DNA from: an uncultured Gemmatimonadales bacterium
Lineage (GTDB): Bacteria; Gemmatimonadota; Gemmatimonadetes; Longimicrobiales; RSA9
Reading direction: 5' to 3'
Assembly (NCBI GenBank): GCA_963798845.1
Contig: CAWCUS010000002.1
Location: 768,001 to 832,000, forward strand
DNA length: 64,000 nucleotides
The notes beneath the pieces are model-generated. The model was not told the origin of the DNA and did not search any database. It saw only the letters and a program-made list of their open reading frames with translations. Below, in pieces: positions 34,656-45,651 of this stretch; position 1 is the stretch's first letter; each line of letters opens with the position of its first letter. A program made the position numbers and the translations under genes.

Positions 34656-35147
34656 CTACCGCACGATCCAGGCGGTGCCGCCGACCACCAGGATGACCAG
34701 GGCAGCGGCGATCTTGACGAAAGCGGCGACGGCGCGGGCCAGCACGACGCCCCAGCCGACCCGGGACGCGGCGGCCACGTCCCGGGACTCGTACAGGGCC
34801 ACCGCGGCGGCGCCGACGAATGAGCCGAGCACGCCGGCCACGACCGGGCCGACGACGGGGACGGGCACGCCCACGAAGACGCCGGCGGTGCCGCCGGCGA
34901 TGGCGCCCCAGAAGGCCGCGGGGGAGCCGCCGTACCGGGCGCTCATGTTCCGGACAATGAGGAACTCGAGGAGCTCGGCGGCGGCGGCGAGCAGGACGAC
35001 GGCGAGGATGACGGCCCAGCCCACGGCACCGAGGAGGCCGCCGAGGGCGACGATCCCGACCATGATCCAGAGGCCGGGCCAGCCGAGAGGGATGAGCAGG
35101 ATGCAGAGGAACATCAGCGCGGCGGCAGCGATGCCCACGATGCTCAA
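34656..35147 (-). CDS. DUF456 family membrane protein
   Basis: Hydrophobic; LIPLGWPG, RYGGS..AFWGAIAG, GSFVGA. Confidence 0.75.
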   Translation of the reverse strand: MSIVGIAAAALMFLCILLIPLGWPGLWIMVGIVALGGLLGAVGWAVILAVVLLAAAAELLEFLIVRNMSARYGGSPAAFWGAIAGGTAGVFVGVPVPVVGPVVAGVLGSFVGAAAVALYESRDVAAASRVGWGVVLARAVAAFVKIAAALVILVVGGTAWIVR

Positions 35148-35159
35148 GCGGTCCTCCCC

Positions 35160-35891
35160 GTGGCGGTGATCCGCGAGTGGCCGGCCCCGGAACGTCCGCG
35201 GGAGCGGCTGCGGTCGGCGGGACCCGGTGCATTATCCGTGCGTGAGCTCCTGGCCATCCTGGTGGGGAGCGGGACGGGCGGCAAGCGAGGGACCGTCGGG
35301 GCGGGGGGTGGCGGCGGGGCACGGACGGCGGTGGATGTGGCCGCCGAGCTGGTGCGCGTGGCGGACGGGTCGCTCCGCCGCCTGGCGTCGCTGGCGCCAG
35401 CGACGCTGGAGCGGGTGCCGGGGGTGGGCGGGGCGGTGTCGGCCAGGCTGTCGGCCGCGCTGGAGCTGGGACGTCGCCTGGCTCAGGAGGGGCCGGCGGA
35501 GCGAGGGCGCATCTCGGGTCCGCGCGACGTGTACGAGCGGTGCGCGCCGACCATGCGCGACCTCTCGCACGAGGAGTTCCGGGTTCTGCTGCTGAACACG
35601 CAGCACGCGGTGGTGCGGGAAGTCACGGTGTCGCGGGGGGTGCTGGACGGGTCGGTGGTGCACCCGCGGGAGGTGTTCCGGGAAGCGATCGTCGAGACGG
35701 CCGCGGCGGTGGTGCTGGTTCACAACCACCCGTCGGGGGACCCGGGACCGTCGGCGGAGGACCGGCAGGTGACGGCGCAGCTGGCGGAGGCGGGGCGGCT
35801 GGTCGGCATCCCCGTGCTGGACCACGTGATCATCGGCGATGGCCGCTACCTCTCGTTCGTGGAAGCAGGGCTCCTGTCGGCGGCGGCCTGA
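35160..35891 (+). CDS. radC: RadC family (JAB domain) protein
   Basis: ERPRERL...ELLAIL, HhH motif, VHPREVF, HNHPSGD..PS.ED, LDHVIIG. Confidence 0.93.
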   Translation: MAVIREWPAPERPRERLRSAGPGALSVRELLAILVGSGTGGKRGTVGAGGGGGARTAVDVAAELVRVADGSLRRLASLAPATLERVPGVGGAVSARLSAALELGRRLAQEGPAERGRISGPRDVYERCAPTMRDLSHEEFRVLLLNTQHAVVREVTVSRGVLDGSVVHPREVFREAIVETAAAVVLVHNHPSGDPGPSAEDRQVTAQLAEAGRLVGIPVLDHVIIGDGRYLSFVEAGLLSAAA

Positions 35892-35939
35892 TCGGGTGCC
35901 CATCCGCCTCCCGCTGCCCGACCTCGGACCGGGACGGCG

Positions 35940-38630
35940 TCAAAGCCGCGAGATCAGCAGCAGGAGCGTTCCGACGCTGGTGGCGATCTGGATCACATCG
36001 CCCACCAGGCCGCGGACATCGGGGCGGTCGTCCTCGGGAACCAGCGGCACGGTCACCGTGCTGCCGGGCGCGGGGACGGGTCGTCGCTTGAACACCAGGA
36101 TCCGCTCGCGAACGGAGCCCTGCCCGTTGGCGTAGCGGACGTACACGTTGTCGCGGTCGGCGTGGCGCGCGTATCCCCCCGCGCTGGAGACGTAGTAGTC
36201 CAGCCCGGCGCCCTCGCGGTAGAGCACGGAGGCGGGCGAGTTCACGGCGCCCTGGACCACCACCACCGGGTTGTACTCGGCCACGTTCATGGAGTCGCCG
36301 GGGAGGATGATCAGGTCGGCGGGCGATCCGGGGTGCTCGAGCGCCTCCTCCAGGTCCACGTTGACCAGGCTGCTGTCCCTGTAGAGCTGAAAGCCCCGGG
36401 GGAACGCCGTGCGCGTGAGCCCGCCCGCGCGCTGCACCAGCTCCGACAGCCGCTCGTCCTTCGAGCGCAGCGCATAACTGCCCGGGTAGCGCACTTCGCC
36501 CTGCAGCGAGACCGTCCGCTCCGGCTCCAGGTTCGCCATCCGGCGCACGAACACGTGGTCGTGGGGCTCGAGCCGGACGGTGTCCGCGGAACGCAGTGCT
36601 CCCGTTTCGGCACCGGGCTGGGCTCCGCCATGGGCGCGGATCGCCGGTTCGGAGACGATCGCGGAGGGGCCGAGCTGAACGGTGACGGTCTCGGCGAGCT
36701 TCCCGGCGGCGCGCTCGGCGGGGTCGGGACGACGCGAGATCTCGACCGTCAGGTCCGCGTCGGGGGTGAGCCCGCCCGCCTGCAGGACGAGGTCGGCGAG
36801 CGTCATGCCCTCGTGATAGGGGACCTGGAGCCGCGGTCCCCGCCGCACCTCGCCCGTGATCTGGACCGCCAGCGAGTCGCGGAAGTCCGTGCGCGAGAAT
36901 ACCCGGATGGCGTCGTGCTCCTCCAGCTGCGGGTTCTCCACGGGCACGCCATCGCGGGTGGCGAGGGAGAACGGGACCACGTGGAGCGTGGAGTCGGAGG
37001 GGTCGAGGCGCACGATCTGGCCGCGCGGGCGGTACGCGTCCGGGCGCAGCCCCTCCACGGCCTCGATGGCGTCCCACGCCCGCATGCCGGGCCGGAACGC
37101 CACTGTGCAGAGCTGGCGCGTGGCCGAGTCGGGCATCACGGGCGGGAAGCCCGCACTGTCCGGGCGCGCCGAGGGCGCCGTGGGTGGCGCGGTGTCGGGC
37201 GGCTCGGCAGGCAGTCGCGGAGCGCAGTCCTTCCAGACCGCACCGGCCACCGTGACCACGTTCCTCACCTCGGAGCGGACGCGGAAGATCCTCAGCTCAT
37301 CGCCGTCTTCCAGCACGGGCGCGGGGGCCTTCCCGCCCAGGACCGCCGCCAGGTCGACCTCCACCACTGTCCGATCGATGCCCGGCTGCGTGCGCTGCGA
37401 CGGCGGCAGGATCCGGGTGACCGTGGCCCGGCCCGTCGCGGCCGGGGCGGTGAGGCCGCCCGCGAACTGGAGGACATCCAGCAGCGTCTCGCCAGGGATC
37501 AGCTCGTACAGGGCCGGGCGCACCACCTCGCCCTTCACCGCCACCTGCGGACCGTGGACGGGAACGAAGATGACATCGCCCGGCTGGAGCACCGCGCGGC
37601 TCACGTCCTCCCCTCGGGTGAGATAGCCGTACAGGTCGACCTGCCCGACCAGCTTCCCGCCACGCATGACGCGCACGGACCGGAAGCTCCCTTCCGGCCG
37701 CGGGCCGCCGGCGAGGTAGAGGGCGTTGAGAACGGAAGCGACAGGGCTCCCCATGTAGGACCCGGGACGCATCACCTCGCCGGTGAGAAAGAGCTGGTTC
37801 GACCGCAGCCGGCCGAGCGCCACTTCGACGTGCGCGGTGGGCTGCGGCTCCGCGGTGATGCCGGAGTACGAGCGGGCGAGCGCAGAGCGGAGGCGTTCGC
37901 GCAGGTCGGCCAGCGTGAGGCCGTTCACCCACACCTGCCCGACCTGCGGGATGACGACGAGCCCCTCGCGGCTCACTGGAAGCGTGTAGGACCTCTCCAC
38001 ATCACCGGTCAGGATCACCACCAGCTCGTCGCCGGGGCCCACGCGGTAGTCCGGAGGCACGGGCCCCATCGAGAGCGGCTCGAACTCGTTGCCCTCTCGC
38101 GCGAACGTGCGCAGCCCGAACACCCGGACACCGTACTCCCTCTCCATCGGCAATGAGTCCGGCATGAGGAGGTCCGTGCGCCGTGGCGGCGGCGCGGCGG
38201 TGTCCGGGGCCGGCTTCGGAGTCGGCGCGGGCGCCGTGGTGTCGGCGGCAGGACGGATGTTCAGTGCCCGGAGCGCGGCGAGGACGTCCGCCCCGGGCGT
38301 GGGCGGGGCAGGGATGTCCGGGTCCAGGTACGGATCGAGGATCGAGGGATCGTAACCCCTGGACGCGAGCTGCTGCCGGAGCTGGTCCGGCGTTCGCCCG
38401 GACCCGAGGAGCTGCTGCCGCAGGCGAGCGCCCTCGCCGCCCTGCAGCGCCGGCGGCGGGTTGGTCAGGCCCGTGGGCTCCTGCGCCCGCACGCCTCCGG
38501 CGGACACTGCGAGCGCGCAAAGGGAGAGCACGATGGGCGTGGCGCGGCCCGGTGCGCGGCGGGCAGCCCGCAGGAGCATGCGGAAGCGCGCCAGGTGCAG
38601 CTCTTCGATCGCGACGTTCGGGATCGACAT
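35940..38630 (-). CDS. Large multi-SLBB polysaccharide export protein (KpsD-like)
   Basis: DYRVGPGDEL, repeated GEV.RP/AGGL SLBB motifs, PGSTVTVP and a C-terminal helix; start uncertain (38630 or 38579). Confidence 0.85.
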   Translation of the reverse strand: MSIPNVAIEELHLARFRMLLRAARRAPGRATPIVLSLCALAVSAGGVRAQEPTGLTNPPPALQGGEGARLRQQLLGSGRTPDQLRQQLASRGYDPSILDPYLDPDIPAPPTPGADVLAALRALNIRPAADTTAPAPTPKPAPDTAAPPPRRTDLLMPDSLPMEREYGVRVFGLRTFAREGNEFEPLSMGPVPPDYRVGPGDELVVILTGDVERSYTLPVSREGLVVIPQVGQVWVNGLTLADLRERLRSALARSYSGITAEPQPTAHVEVALGRLRSNQLFLTGEVMRPGSYMGSPVASVLNALYLAGGPRPEGSFRSVRVMRGGKLVGQVDLYGYLTRGEDVSRAVLQPGDVIFVPVHGPQVAVKGEVVRPALYELIPGETLLDVLQFAGGLTAPAATGRATVTRILPPSQRTQPGIDRTVVEVDLAAVLGGKAPAPVLEDGDELRIFRVRSEVRNVVTVAGAVWKDCAPRLPAEPPDTAPPTAPSARPDSAGFPPVMPDSATRQLCTVAFRPGMRAWDAIEAVEGLRPDAYRPRGQIVRLDPSDSTLHVVPFSLATRDGVPVENPQLEEHDAIRVFSRTDFRDSLAVQITGEVRRGPRLQVPYHEGMTLADLVLQAGGLTPDADLTVEISRRPDPAERAAGKLAETVTVQLGPSAIVSEPAIRAHGGAQPGAETGALRSADTVRLEPHDHVFVRRMANLEPERTVSLQGEVRYPGSYALRSKDERLSELVQRAGGLTRTAFPRGFQLYRDSSLVNVDLEEALEHPGSPADLIILPGDSMNVAEYNPVVVVQGAVNSPASVLYREGAGLDYYVSSAGGYARHADRDNVYVRYANGQGSVRERILVFKRRPVPAPGSTVTVPLVPEDDRPDVRGLVGDVIQIATSVGTLLLLISRL

Positions 38631-38828
38631 ACGCGGGCGTCCAGTCGTTTCGCATAGGGGTTGACCACAGCGGGGCTCCCCCGAGCAGGGGTCGGCCCGC
38701 TGGCGGCCCGGGGAGTGCATCCGTAGCTTCACAGCAGGGCCCCGAACCGGCATCGAAATCCGGTGTAGCAAAGTTCGGCCCACCGCCGGTCGGAAGGCGC
38801 CCGGCGGGAATCACTGTCCGGAGGACCC

Positions 38829-41111
38829 ATGAATCCCACGGCATCGGCGGAGAGCCGACGCACGCCCGCGAGCGGAGACGGCGAGGGCGGTGTCGCTTCA
38901 CCCGACGGGGACGCCGAGGCGCGCGTGGCGGAGGCACTGGAGCGCCTTCCGCAGCGGCTGCGGGACGCCGTGGAGCCGTTCCGGGAGCGTCTGGACATCC
39001 CGCTGATCGCCGACGCCTACGTGTTCGCGGAGGACGCGCACCGGGGCCAGAAGCGGGCGAGCGGCGAGTCGTTCATCGTCCACACGACGGAGGTCTCCCG
39101 CATCCTGGCGGAGCTGCACCTGGACACGGTCTCGGTGGCCGCCGGGCTTATCCACGACACGGTGGAGGACACATCGCGCACGCTCGACGACGTGCGCTCG
39201 AAGTTCGGCGACGAGATCGCCCGCGTGGTGGATGGGGTCACGAAGATCGGGAAGGTGGAGTTCCGCTCGTCGACCGAGCAGCAGGTGGAGAACTACCGGA
39301 AGCTGCTGCTCAGCATGGCGAGCGACGCGCGCGTGATCCTCATCAAGCTGGTCGACCGGCTGCACAACATGCGGACGCTGGACCACCTGCGTCCGGACAA
39401 GCGCCGCCGGATCGCGCTGGAGACGCGCGAGATCTACGCTCCGCTCGCCCACCGCCTGGGGATGGCGCAGATCAAGTGGGAGCTGGAGGACCTGGCCTTC
39501 AAGCACCTGGAAACGGAAGGGTACCGGGACCTGGTGAAGAAGGTGAAGGACCGTCGTGCGGAGCGGGAGCAGTGGGTGGAAGCGCTGCGTCGCCCGCTCG
39601 CGGATGAGCTGCGCAAGGCGGGCATCCCGTGCGAGGTCTATGGTCGCCCGAAGCACCTCTGGTCGATCTACCGGAAGATGGAGCACCGGGACCGGCCGTA
39701 CGAGGAGATCTACGACCTCATGGCGATCCGGGTGATCACGGACAGCGTGGCCAACTGCTATCACGCGCTTGGGATCATCCACAACCAGTGGACGCCGCTC
39801 CAGGAGCGCTTCCACGACTACATCGCCACGCCCAAGTCGAACATGTACCGCTCGCTCCACACCACCATCTTCGGGCCCGGCGGGCGCCTGTACGAGATCC
39901 AGATCCGGACCGGCGAGATGCACCGCACCGCGGAGTACGGGATCGCGGCGCACTGGAAGTACAAGGAAGGGCGGGCCACGCCCACCCAGGGTGACGAGGT
40001 GGACGACACCCTGACCTGGTTCCGCCAGGTGCTGGAGTGGCAGCAGGACACGCGCGAGCCGGACGAGTTCATGGAGTTCCTCCGGATCGACCTGTTCCAG
40101 GACGAGATCTTCGTCTTCACGCCCAAGGGCGACGTGAAGCAGCTGCCCAAGGGGGCAACGCCCATCGACTTCGCCTTCGCGGTCCACACCGAAGTGGGGC
40201 TCCGCTGCTCGGGCGCACGCCTGAACGGGCGCATCACCCCGCTCAGCCGCGAGCTGAAGAACGGCGACACGGTGGAGATCATGACGGACGAGCGGCAGCG
40301 TCCGTCGCGCGACTGGCTAGGCTTCGTCAAGACCGCGCGCGCCCGGCAGAAGATCCGGCAGTGGATCCGGCAGGAGGAGTTCGACAGCTCGCTGAAGCTG
40401 GGGCGCGAGATCCTGGACCGGGAGCTCAAGAAGCGGCGAACGGGCAAGCCGGACGAGGCGGCGCGCACGAGCACGGCCGACGCGCTCGGGCTGCCCAGCT
40501 TCGAGCACGTGCTGGCGGGACTCGGTCGGGGCGACGTGGGGCTGAGCGCGATCCTGAAGGAAATGTTCCCGGAAGAGGACGTCACCGTCACCGAGCGGCA
40601 GCCCAGCGCTTTCGAGCGGCTGGTGGACCGGGTCCGGGGCGCCAGCAACGCCGTGCGGATCCAGGGGCTCGAGAACCTCATGGTCCGCTACTCACAGTGC
40701 TGCCAGCCCGTTCCGGGCGACAACGTGATCGGCTACATCACCCGCGGCCGGGGCATCAGCATCCACCGCAAGGACTGCCCGAACGTCCTCAACCTGTCCG
40801 AGCACCCCGAGCGGCGGGTCGAGATCGAGTGGAAAGCCGAGGCGGGTGACCGCTTCTTCGTTCGCCTCATCGTCGAAGGCGACGACCGCCGCGGCCTCCT
40901 CGGCGACATCGCCACCGCCGTCACCAACACCGCCACCAACATCTCGAGTGCCGAGATCCACGGCGTCGAGGGCGGCATGAACGGCTCTTTCGTGGTGGAG
41001 GTCGAGAACCTGGCCCACCTGAAGAAGGTGGTGCGCGCCATCCGCGGCGTGAAGGGCGTGCTCAGCGTCGAGCGGCGGGAGCATTTCGCGGAGAGCGACC
41101 TGGAGGCGTAG
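38829..41111 (+). CDS. relA: Bifunctional (p)ppGpp synthetase/hydrolase RelA/SpoT
   Basis: HD hydrolase motif IHDTVED, DRLHNMRT, RPKHLWSI, EIQIRT, TGS domain, ZFD (CCQPVPGD) and ACT domain. Confidence 0.96.
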   Translation: MNPTASAESRRTPASGDGEGGVASPDGDAEARVAEALERLPQRLRDAVEPFRERLDIPLIADAYVFAEDAHRGQKRASGESFIVHTTEVSRILAELHLDTVSVAAGLIHDTVEDTSRTLDDVRSKFGDEIARVVDGVTKIGKVEFRSSTEQQVENYRKLLLSMASDARVILIKLVDRLHNMRTLDHLRPDKRRRIALETREIYAPLAHRLGMAQIKWELEDLAFKHLETEGYRDLVKKVKDRRAEREQWVEALRRPLADELRKAGIPCEVYGRPKHLWSIYRKMEHRDRPYEEIYDLMAIRVITDSVANCYHALGIIHNQWTPLQERFHDYIATPKSNMYRSLHTTIFGPGGRLYEIQIRTGEMHRTAEYGIAAHWKYKEGRATPTQGDEVDDTLTWFRQVLEWQQDTREPDEFMEFLRIDLFQDEIFVFTPKGDVKQLPKGATPIDFAFAVHTEVGLRCSGARLNGRITPLSRELKNGDTVEIMTDERQRPSRDWLGFVKTARARQKIRQWIRQEEFDSSLKLGREILDRELKKRRTGKPDEAARTSTADALGLPSFEHVLAGLGRGDVGLSAILKEMFPEEDVTVTERQPSAFERLVDRVRGASNAVRIQGLENLMVRYSQCCQPVPGDNVIGYITRGRGISIHRKDCPNVLNLSEHPERRVEIEWKAEAGDRFFVRLIVEGDDRRGLLGDIATAVTNTATNISSAEIHGVEGGMNGSFVVEVENLAHLKKVVRAIRGVKGVLSVERREHFAESDLEA

Positions 41112-41194
41112 GCAGGTCGCGGGTCGATACCCGGCGCCGCTGCGCGGGGCGGGGCACCCCGCTGCCGCGCGAGCCACCTGCCGCGGTGCCGCGC

Positions 41195-42340
41195 CTACTC
41201 GCCGAACGCCTCGACGAGCACGTCCGCCACTTCGGGGCGCGTGAACTCCTTCGGCGGGCGCTCCCCCCGCGCCAGCATCTCGCGGACTTTCGTCCCGGAC
41301 AGGAAGACGTGCGCGTCCCTGCCGTGCGGGCACGTCTTGCGCGAGACCATCTGCTCGCAGCGCGTGCAGTACATGGCGTGCTCGAACTTGAGCGGCTGGA
41401 TTCCCAGCTTCTCCGTGTCCACCCGGTCGAAGATCGCCTGCGCGTCGTACGTGCCGTAGTAATTACCCACGCCCGCGTGGTCGCGGCCGACGATGAAGTG
41501 CGTACAGCCGTAGTTGCGGCGCATGATGGCGTGGAAGATGGCTTCGCGCGGCCCGGCGTAGCGCATTGCCGCGGGGAGCACGCTCAGCACCACGCGGTCC
41601 CGCGGATAGTAGTGCTCCAGGAGGGTGTCGTAGCACGCCATGCGGACGTCGGCCGGGATGTCGTCCTTCTTGGTGTCGCCCACCAGCGGGTGGAGCAGCA
41701 GGCCGTCCACCATCTCCAGCGCCGACTTCTGCAGGTACTCGTGCGCACGGTGCACCGGGTTCCGGGTCTGGAAAGCGACCACGGTCTTCCAACCCCGCCG
41801 GTCGAACTCGGCGCGCGTCTCGGCGGGTGTGAGGTTGCGCGCGGGGAAACCCGTGATGTCGCGCTCGTGGAAGTAGGTGATCGGCCCGGCCACGAGGTGG
41901 TCGCCGCGCGCGTCCAGCCGGGCGACGCCGGGGTGCTCCCGGTCCGTCGTCCCGTAAACCGCCGCGGCCTCCCGCTCACGGTCCCAGCCGTAGACATCCT
42001 CGACGCTCATCACCGCGGCCAGCTCGCCGTCCGGGGCGACGAGCGCGACCTCGTCGCCCGGTCCGAAGCCGGACGGATCCTCCACCGACAGCGTGACGGG
42101 AATGGACCAGGGGAGGCCGTTCTGAAGCGTCATGTCGTCGAGGACGCGTTCGTACGCGGCCTGCCCCATGAATCCCGTCAGCGGACTGAAGCCGCCTACG
42201 GCGACGAGGTAGAGGTCGGAGAGGGCAACGTCCGAAAGGCGGACGCGGGGAAGCGTCGTGGCGCGGTCGCGAAGGGCTGCGGCGTCGTCGCCGGAAAGAC
42301 GGCGGTCGACGAGGGTCCCACCATACGGCTCAATGGTCAT
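41195..42340 (-). CDS. sat: Sulfate adenylyltransferase (Sat type)
   Basis: [36 protein letters not shown], Zn motif CTRC..CPH, SGTKVR. Confidence 0.95.
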   Translation of the reverse strand: MTIEPYGGTLVDRRLSGDDAAALRDRATTLPRVRLSDVALSDLYLVAVGGFSPLTGFMGQAAYERVLDDMTLQNGLPWSIPVTLSVEDPSGFGPGDEVALVAPDGELAAVMSVEDVYGWDREREAAAVYGTTDREHPGVARLDARGDHLVAGPITYFHERDITGFPARNLTPAETRAEFDRRGWKTVVAFQTRNPVHRAHEYLQKSALEMVDGLLLHPLVGDTKKDDIPADVRMACYDTLLEHYYPRDRVVLSVLPAAMRYAGPREAIFHAIMRRNYGCTHFIVGRDHAGVGNYYGTYDAQAIFDRVDTEKLGIQPLKFEHAMYCTRCEQMVSRKTCPHGRDAHVFLSGTKVREMLARGERPPKEFTRPEVADVLVEAFGE

Positions 42341-42381
42341 GGGCTTCGATGACGAGGAACGGTTCCGGAGAGGGGCGCAAC

Positions 42382-44151
42382 CTAGGGGAGGTAGAGCGCC
42401 GAGACCAGCCAGACGACCAGGGCCACCACCATCGCCGTGAGCGGCGCGCCCAGGCGCGCGTAGTCGGAGAAGCGGTAGCCGCCGGCGCCGTACACCATGG
42501 TGTTGGTCTGGTAGCCGATCGGCGTGAGGAAGGAGGCGGATGCTGCCAGCGCGACGGCGATGGCGAAGCCGCGCGGGTCGGCGCCCACGTCCACGGCCGC
42601 CGTGTACCCGATCGGGAACAGGACCACCGCGGCCGCGTTGTTCGTGATCAGCTCCGTCAGGAGCACCGTCGCCAGCACGACGCCGAGCAGCGCTCCCGTG
42701 GGGCCGGCGGCGCCAAGCGAGGAGACGATCCCGCGGGCCAGGATGTCGGCGAGTCCGGACCCGTCCATGGCGGCGGCGAGGCCGAACGCGGCGGCGATGA
42801 CGAAGATGACGTCGAGGTCCACCGCGTCTCTCGCCTCCGCCGGGGTGAGGACGCGCAGCGCGAGCAGGGCGAGGGCGCCGAGGAGGGCCGCGTTGAGCAC
42901 GGGCATCACGCCGGTTGCGGCCGCCACCACGATGGCTGCCGCCACCGCGCCCACGATCCACGCCTGCCGGCTGGTGATGGGAGGGGAGCCGCCCAGCCGT
43001 GAGACGAGGAGGAAGTCGCTTCGGTTCCGCCAGCGATCCCGGAACCCGGGGTCCGCCAGGAGGAGGAGTGTGTCGCCGACTTTCAGCGGGACCCGGCCCA
43101 GCTTGTCGCGGACGCGGTGCCCGGCGCGGTGGATGGCAAGGACCGCCGCCTGGTAGCGACCCCGGAACTCGGATTCCTTCAGCGTGTGTCCGACCAGCGG
43201 GGAGGCTTCGCCCAGCACCACCTCGAAGAAGGTGTGGTCGGGACTGTCGAACAGCTCCAGGTGGTCCTGCTCGGCGGACACCAGCCCGCGACTGCGCTGC
43301 AGCTCCACCACGTCCTCCGCCTGCCCCACGAACGTGAGCCGGTCACCGCCGTGCAGGACGGTCTGCGGCGTCACCGGGGAGATCAGCTCGCGCTCCCTGC
43401 GGATCTCCACAAGGAACAGCCCGCGCAGGTTGCGGAGCGCGGCGGCCTCCACGGTGCGGCCGTCCACGGACCCGCCGTCCACCACGTCCATGTTGACGGC
43501 GAACTCGCGCACTTCCTCCGCTGCCTGCGCCATGGGCGAGCGGCGCGGCGGGAGGAGCGCAGGCGCCAGGAGGACGATGAGCCCGAGGCCGATGAGCGCC
43601 ACCGGCAGCCCGATCGGGGTGAGCTCGAACATGCCGAGCGGGGCCTGTCCCCGGGCCTGCAGGAGACCGGAGACCACGAGGTTCGTGGAGGTTCCGATCA
43701 GGGTGACCATCCCCCCGAGGATCGACGCGAAGGAGAGCGGCATCAGGAACCGGGACGCCGACTCCCGATGCCGCTCCGCCCACCCGGCGATCTGGGGCGC
43801 GAACATGGCCACCAGCGGGGTGTTGTTCAGGAACGCCGACGCCGCCGCCGCGGGCCCGACGATGCGGCCGAGCACCCGCCGCTCGCCGTCGGACTGACCC
43901 AGCACGGCGTTCACCAGCGGCTGGAGCGCCCCCGTCTTCTCCACCGCGGCCGCCAGGATGAAGAGGGCGGCGACCGTGATCGGGGCGGGGTTGGCGAAGC
44001 CGCTGAACGCTTGCTGCGGCGTCACCACTCCGGTGATCAGCAGCGCCACCACGCCGCTCAGCAGCGTCAACGACGGGGCGAACAGGTCACGGGCCAGCAC
44101 CACGACCACGGCGGCGACCACGGCGAGCGTGATCCAGGCGTCGCCGCTCAT
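42382..44151 (-). CDS. SLC13/DASS permease with two TrkA-C domains (likely sulfate uptake)
   Basis: [49 protein letters not shown]. Confidence 0.88.
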   Translation of the reverse strand: MSGDAWITLAVVAAVVVVLARDLFAPSLTLLSGVVALLITGVVTPQQAFSGFANPAPITVAALFILAAAVEKTGALQPLVNAVLGQSDGERRVLGRIVGPAAAASAFLNNTPLVAMFAPQIAGWAERHRESASRFLMPLSFASILGGMVTLIGTSTNLVVSGLLQARGQAPLGMFELTPIGLPVALIGLGLIVLLAPALLPPRRSPMAQAAEEVREFAVNMDVVDGGSVDGRTVEAAALRNLRGLFLVEIRRERELISPVTPQTVLHGGDRLTFVGQAEDVVELQRSRGLVSAEQDHLELFDSPDHTFFEVVLGEASPLVGHTLKESEFRGRYQAAVLAIHRAGHRVRDKLGRVPLKVGDTLLLLADPGFRDRWRNRSDFLLVSRLGGSPPITSRQAWIVGAVAAAIVVAAATGVMPVLNAALLGALALLALRVLTPAEARDAVDLDVIFVIAAAFGLAAAMDGSGLADILARGIVSSLGAAGPTGALLGVVLATVLLTELITNNAAAVVLFPIGYTAAVDVGADPRGFAIAVALAASASFLTPIGYQTNTMVYGAGGYRFSDYARLGAPLTAMVVALVVWLVSALYLP

Positions 44152-44166
44152 CGGCAGCCGGCGGGC

Positions 44167-44793
44167 TCAGCCCGCCGCAGGCTCGGGCTCCGGGACCAGG
44201 TAGCCGTTGGACTCCAGGTAGCCCACGATCTGCTCCACGCACTCCTCCACAGACAGGTCCGTGGTGTGAACGGCCACCTCCGGGCTCGCCGGCTCCTCGT
44301 ACGGCGCCGAGATGCCCGTGAACTCCGCGATCTCGCCCGCCCGCGCCTTCCTGTAGAGGCCCTTGGGATCCCTCTCCTCGCACACCTCCAGCGGGGCTTC
44401 CACGTAGACCTCGATGAAGTCCCCCTCCGCCATGATCGCCCGAACGTTGTCCCGGTCCTCGCGATAGGGCGAGATGAACGCCGTCAGCACCACGGTCCCC
44501 GAGTCCGCGAACAGCTTCGCCACCTCGCCGATCCGGCGGATGTTTTCCGTCCGGTCCGCCGGGCTGAAGCCGAGGTCGCGGTTCAGGCCGTGCCGGATGT
44601 TGTCCCCATCCAGCACGTACGTCCGGCACCCGCGGCGGAACAGCTGCTCCTCCAGCGCCATGGCCAGCGTGCTCTTCCCCGACCCGCTCAGACCTGTCAG
44701 CCACAGCGTGACGCCGCGATGTCCCTGCACCGCTTCCCGCTGGTCCCGCGTCACGCGGCCTTTCGTCCAGTAGATGTGCTTCGATTTAGGCAT
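44167..44793 (-). CDS. cysC: Adenylyl-sulfate kinase
   Basis: [46 protein letters not shown]. Confidence 0.97.
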   Translation of the reverse strand: MPKSKHIYWTKGRVTRDQREAVQGHRGVTLWLTGLSGSGKSTLAMALEEQLFRRGCRTYVLDGDNIRHGLNRDLGFSPADRTENIRRIGEVAKLFADSGTVVLTAFISPYREDRDNVRAIMAEGDFIEVYVEAPLEVCEERDPKGLYRKARAGEIAEFTGISAPYEEPASPEVAVHTTDLSVEECVEQIVGYLESNGYLVPEPEPAAG

Positions 44794-44814
44794 GTGCCCG
44801 CTATTTCCCGTCGT

Positions 44815-45651
44815 TCAGAGGTTCAATTTCTCGTTCGATCCACGGTACAGCGGAGCCACCACCGCCAGCACCGCGGCGTGGATCCCCGGCGCAGTGGCCA
44901 GGATGCCGTCCGGCTGGTTCGGGTCCGGCTTGTTGTAGTGCAGCCGCTCGCCCAGACAGTCCGTCACCGCGCCGCCGGCCTCCCGCAGGATGACTTCCGG
45001 CGCGCACGTGTCCCACTCCTTGAGGTACGGCACGGGATGCACGTAGACGTCCTGGCGGTCGTCGGCGATGAGGGCGCACTTGATCCCCACCGAGCCGCTC
45101 TGGGCGACGTCGCGTACCCCGAGCCGCTCCCGGATCTCCTCCACCACGGGGTCCGCGTGGGAGCGCGAGCCCACCATCCGAAGCGAACCCAGGTGGGCCG
45201 CCGCCCGACCCAGCGTACGACGCTCCCCCTGCCGCTCCACCCAGGCCCCCTGCCCCCGCGCGGCCGCGAAGAGCGCGTCGCCATCCGGCTGGTACACCAC
45301 GCCCAGCACCGCTTCGCCCGACTCCACCAGCCCGATCATGATGGAGAACTCCCCGTTCTGCGCCAGGAACTCCTTCGTGCCGTCCAGCGGGTCCACCACC
45401 CACACCCGGTCCGCGCTCAGCCGGCTCCGATCGTCCCGCGACTCCTCGGACAGGATCGCGTCCTTGGGAAATGCCGCCCTGAGACCGCCCACGATCACCG
45501 CGTTCGCCGCGTGGTCCGCTTCCGTTACCGGCGAGCCGCCAGGCTTCGAACGCGCTTTCACGTCGCCATAGAGCCTCATCGCCGCAGCGCCAGCCGCGCG
45601 CGCCAGACGGGTGGACACGCGAAGCTCGCGGGAAAGATAGGGAGTGGTCAC
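44815..45651 (-). CDS. cysQ: 3'(2'),5'-bisphosphate nucleotidase CysQ
   Basis: SPVTEAD, LSEES, VDPLDGTKEF, SRSH, EWDTCAP; GTG start inferred. Confidence 0.9.
   Translation of the reverse strand: MTTPYLSRELRVSTRLARAAGAAAMRLYGDVKARSKPGGSPVTEADHAANAVIVGGLRAAFPKDAILSEESRDDRSRLSADRVWVVDPLDGTKEFLAQNGEFSIMIGLVESGEAVLGVVYQPDGDALFAAARGQGAWVERQGERRTLGRAAAHLGSLRMVGSRSHADPVVEEIRERLGVRDVAQSGSVGIKCALIADDRQDVYVHPVPYLKEWDTCAPEVILREAGGAVTDCLGERLHYNKPDPNQPDGILATAPGIHAAVLAVVAPLYRGSNEKLNL

Noticed and set aside
35160..35891. radC as a marker of a mobile element
   Set aside because: It is the full-length chromosomal type (N-terminal HhH + JAB) among housekeeping genes, with no mobility genes nearby
41195..42961. 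588-aa extended Sat ORF
   Set aside because: The extension overlaps the SLC13 gene in another frame; Sat homology begins at MTIEPYGG (42340)
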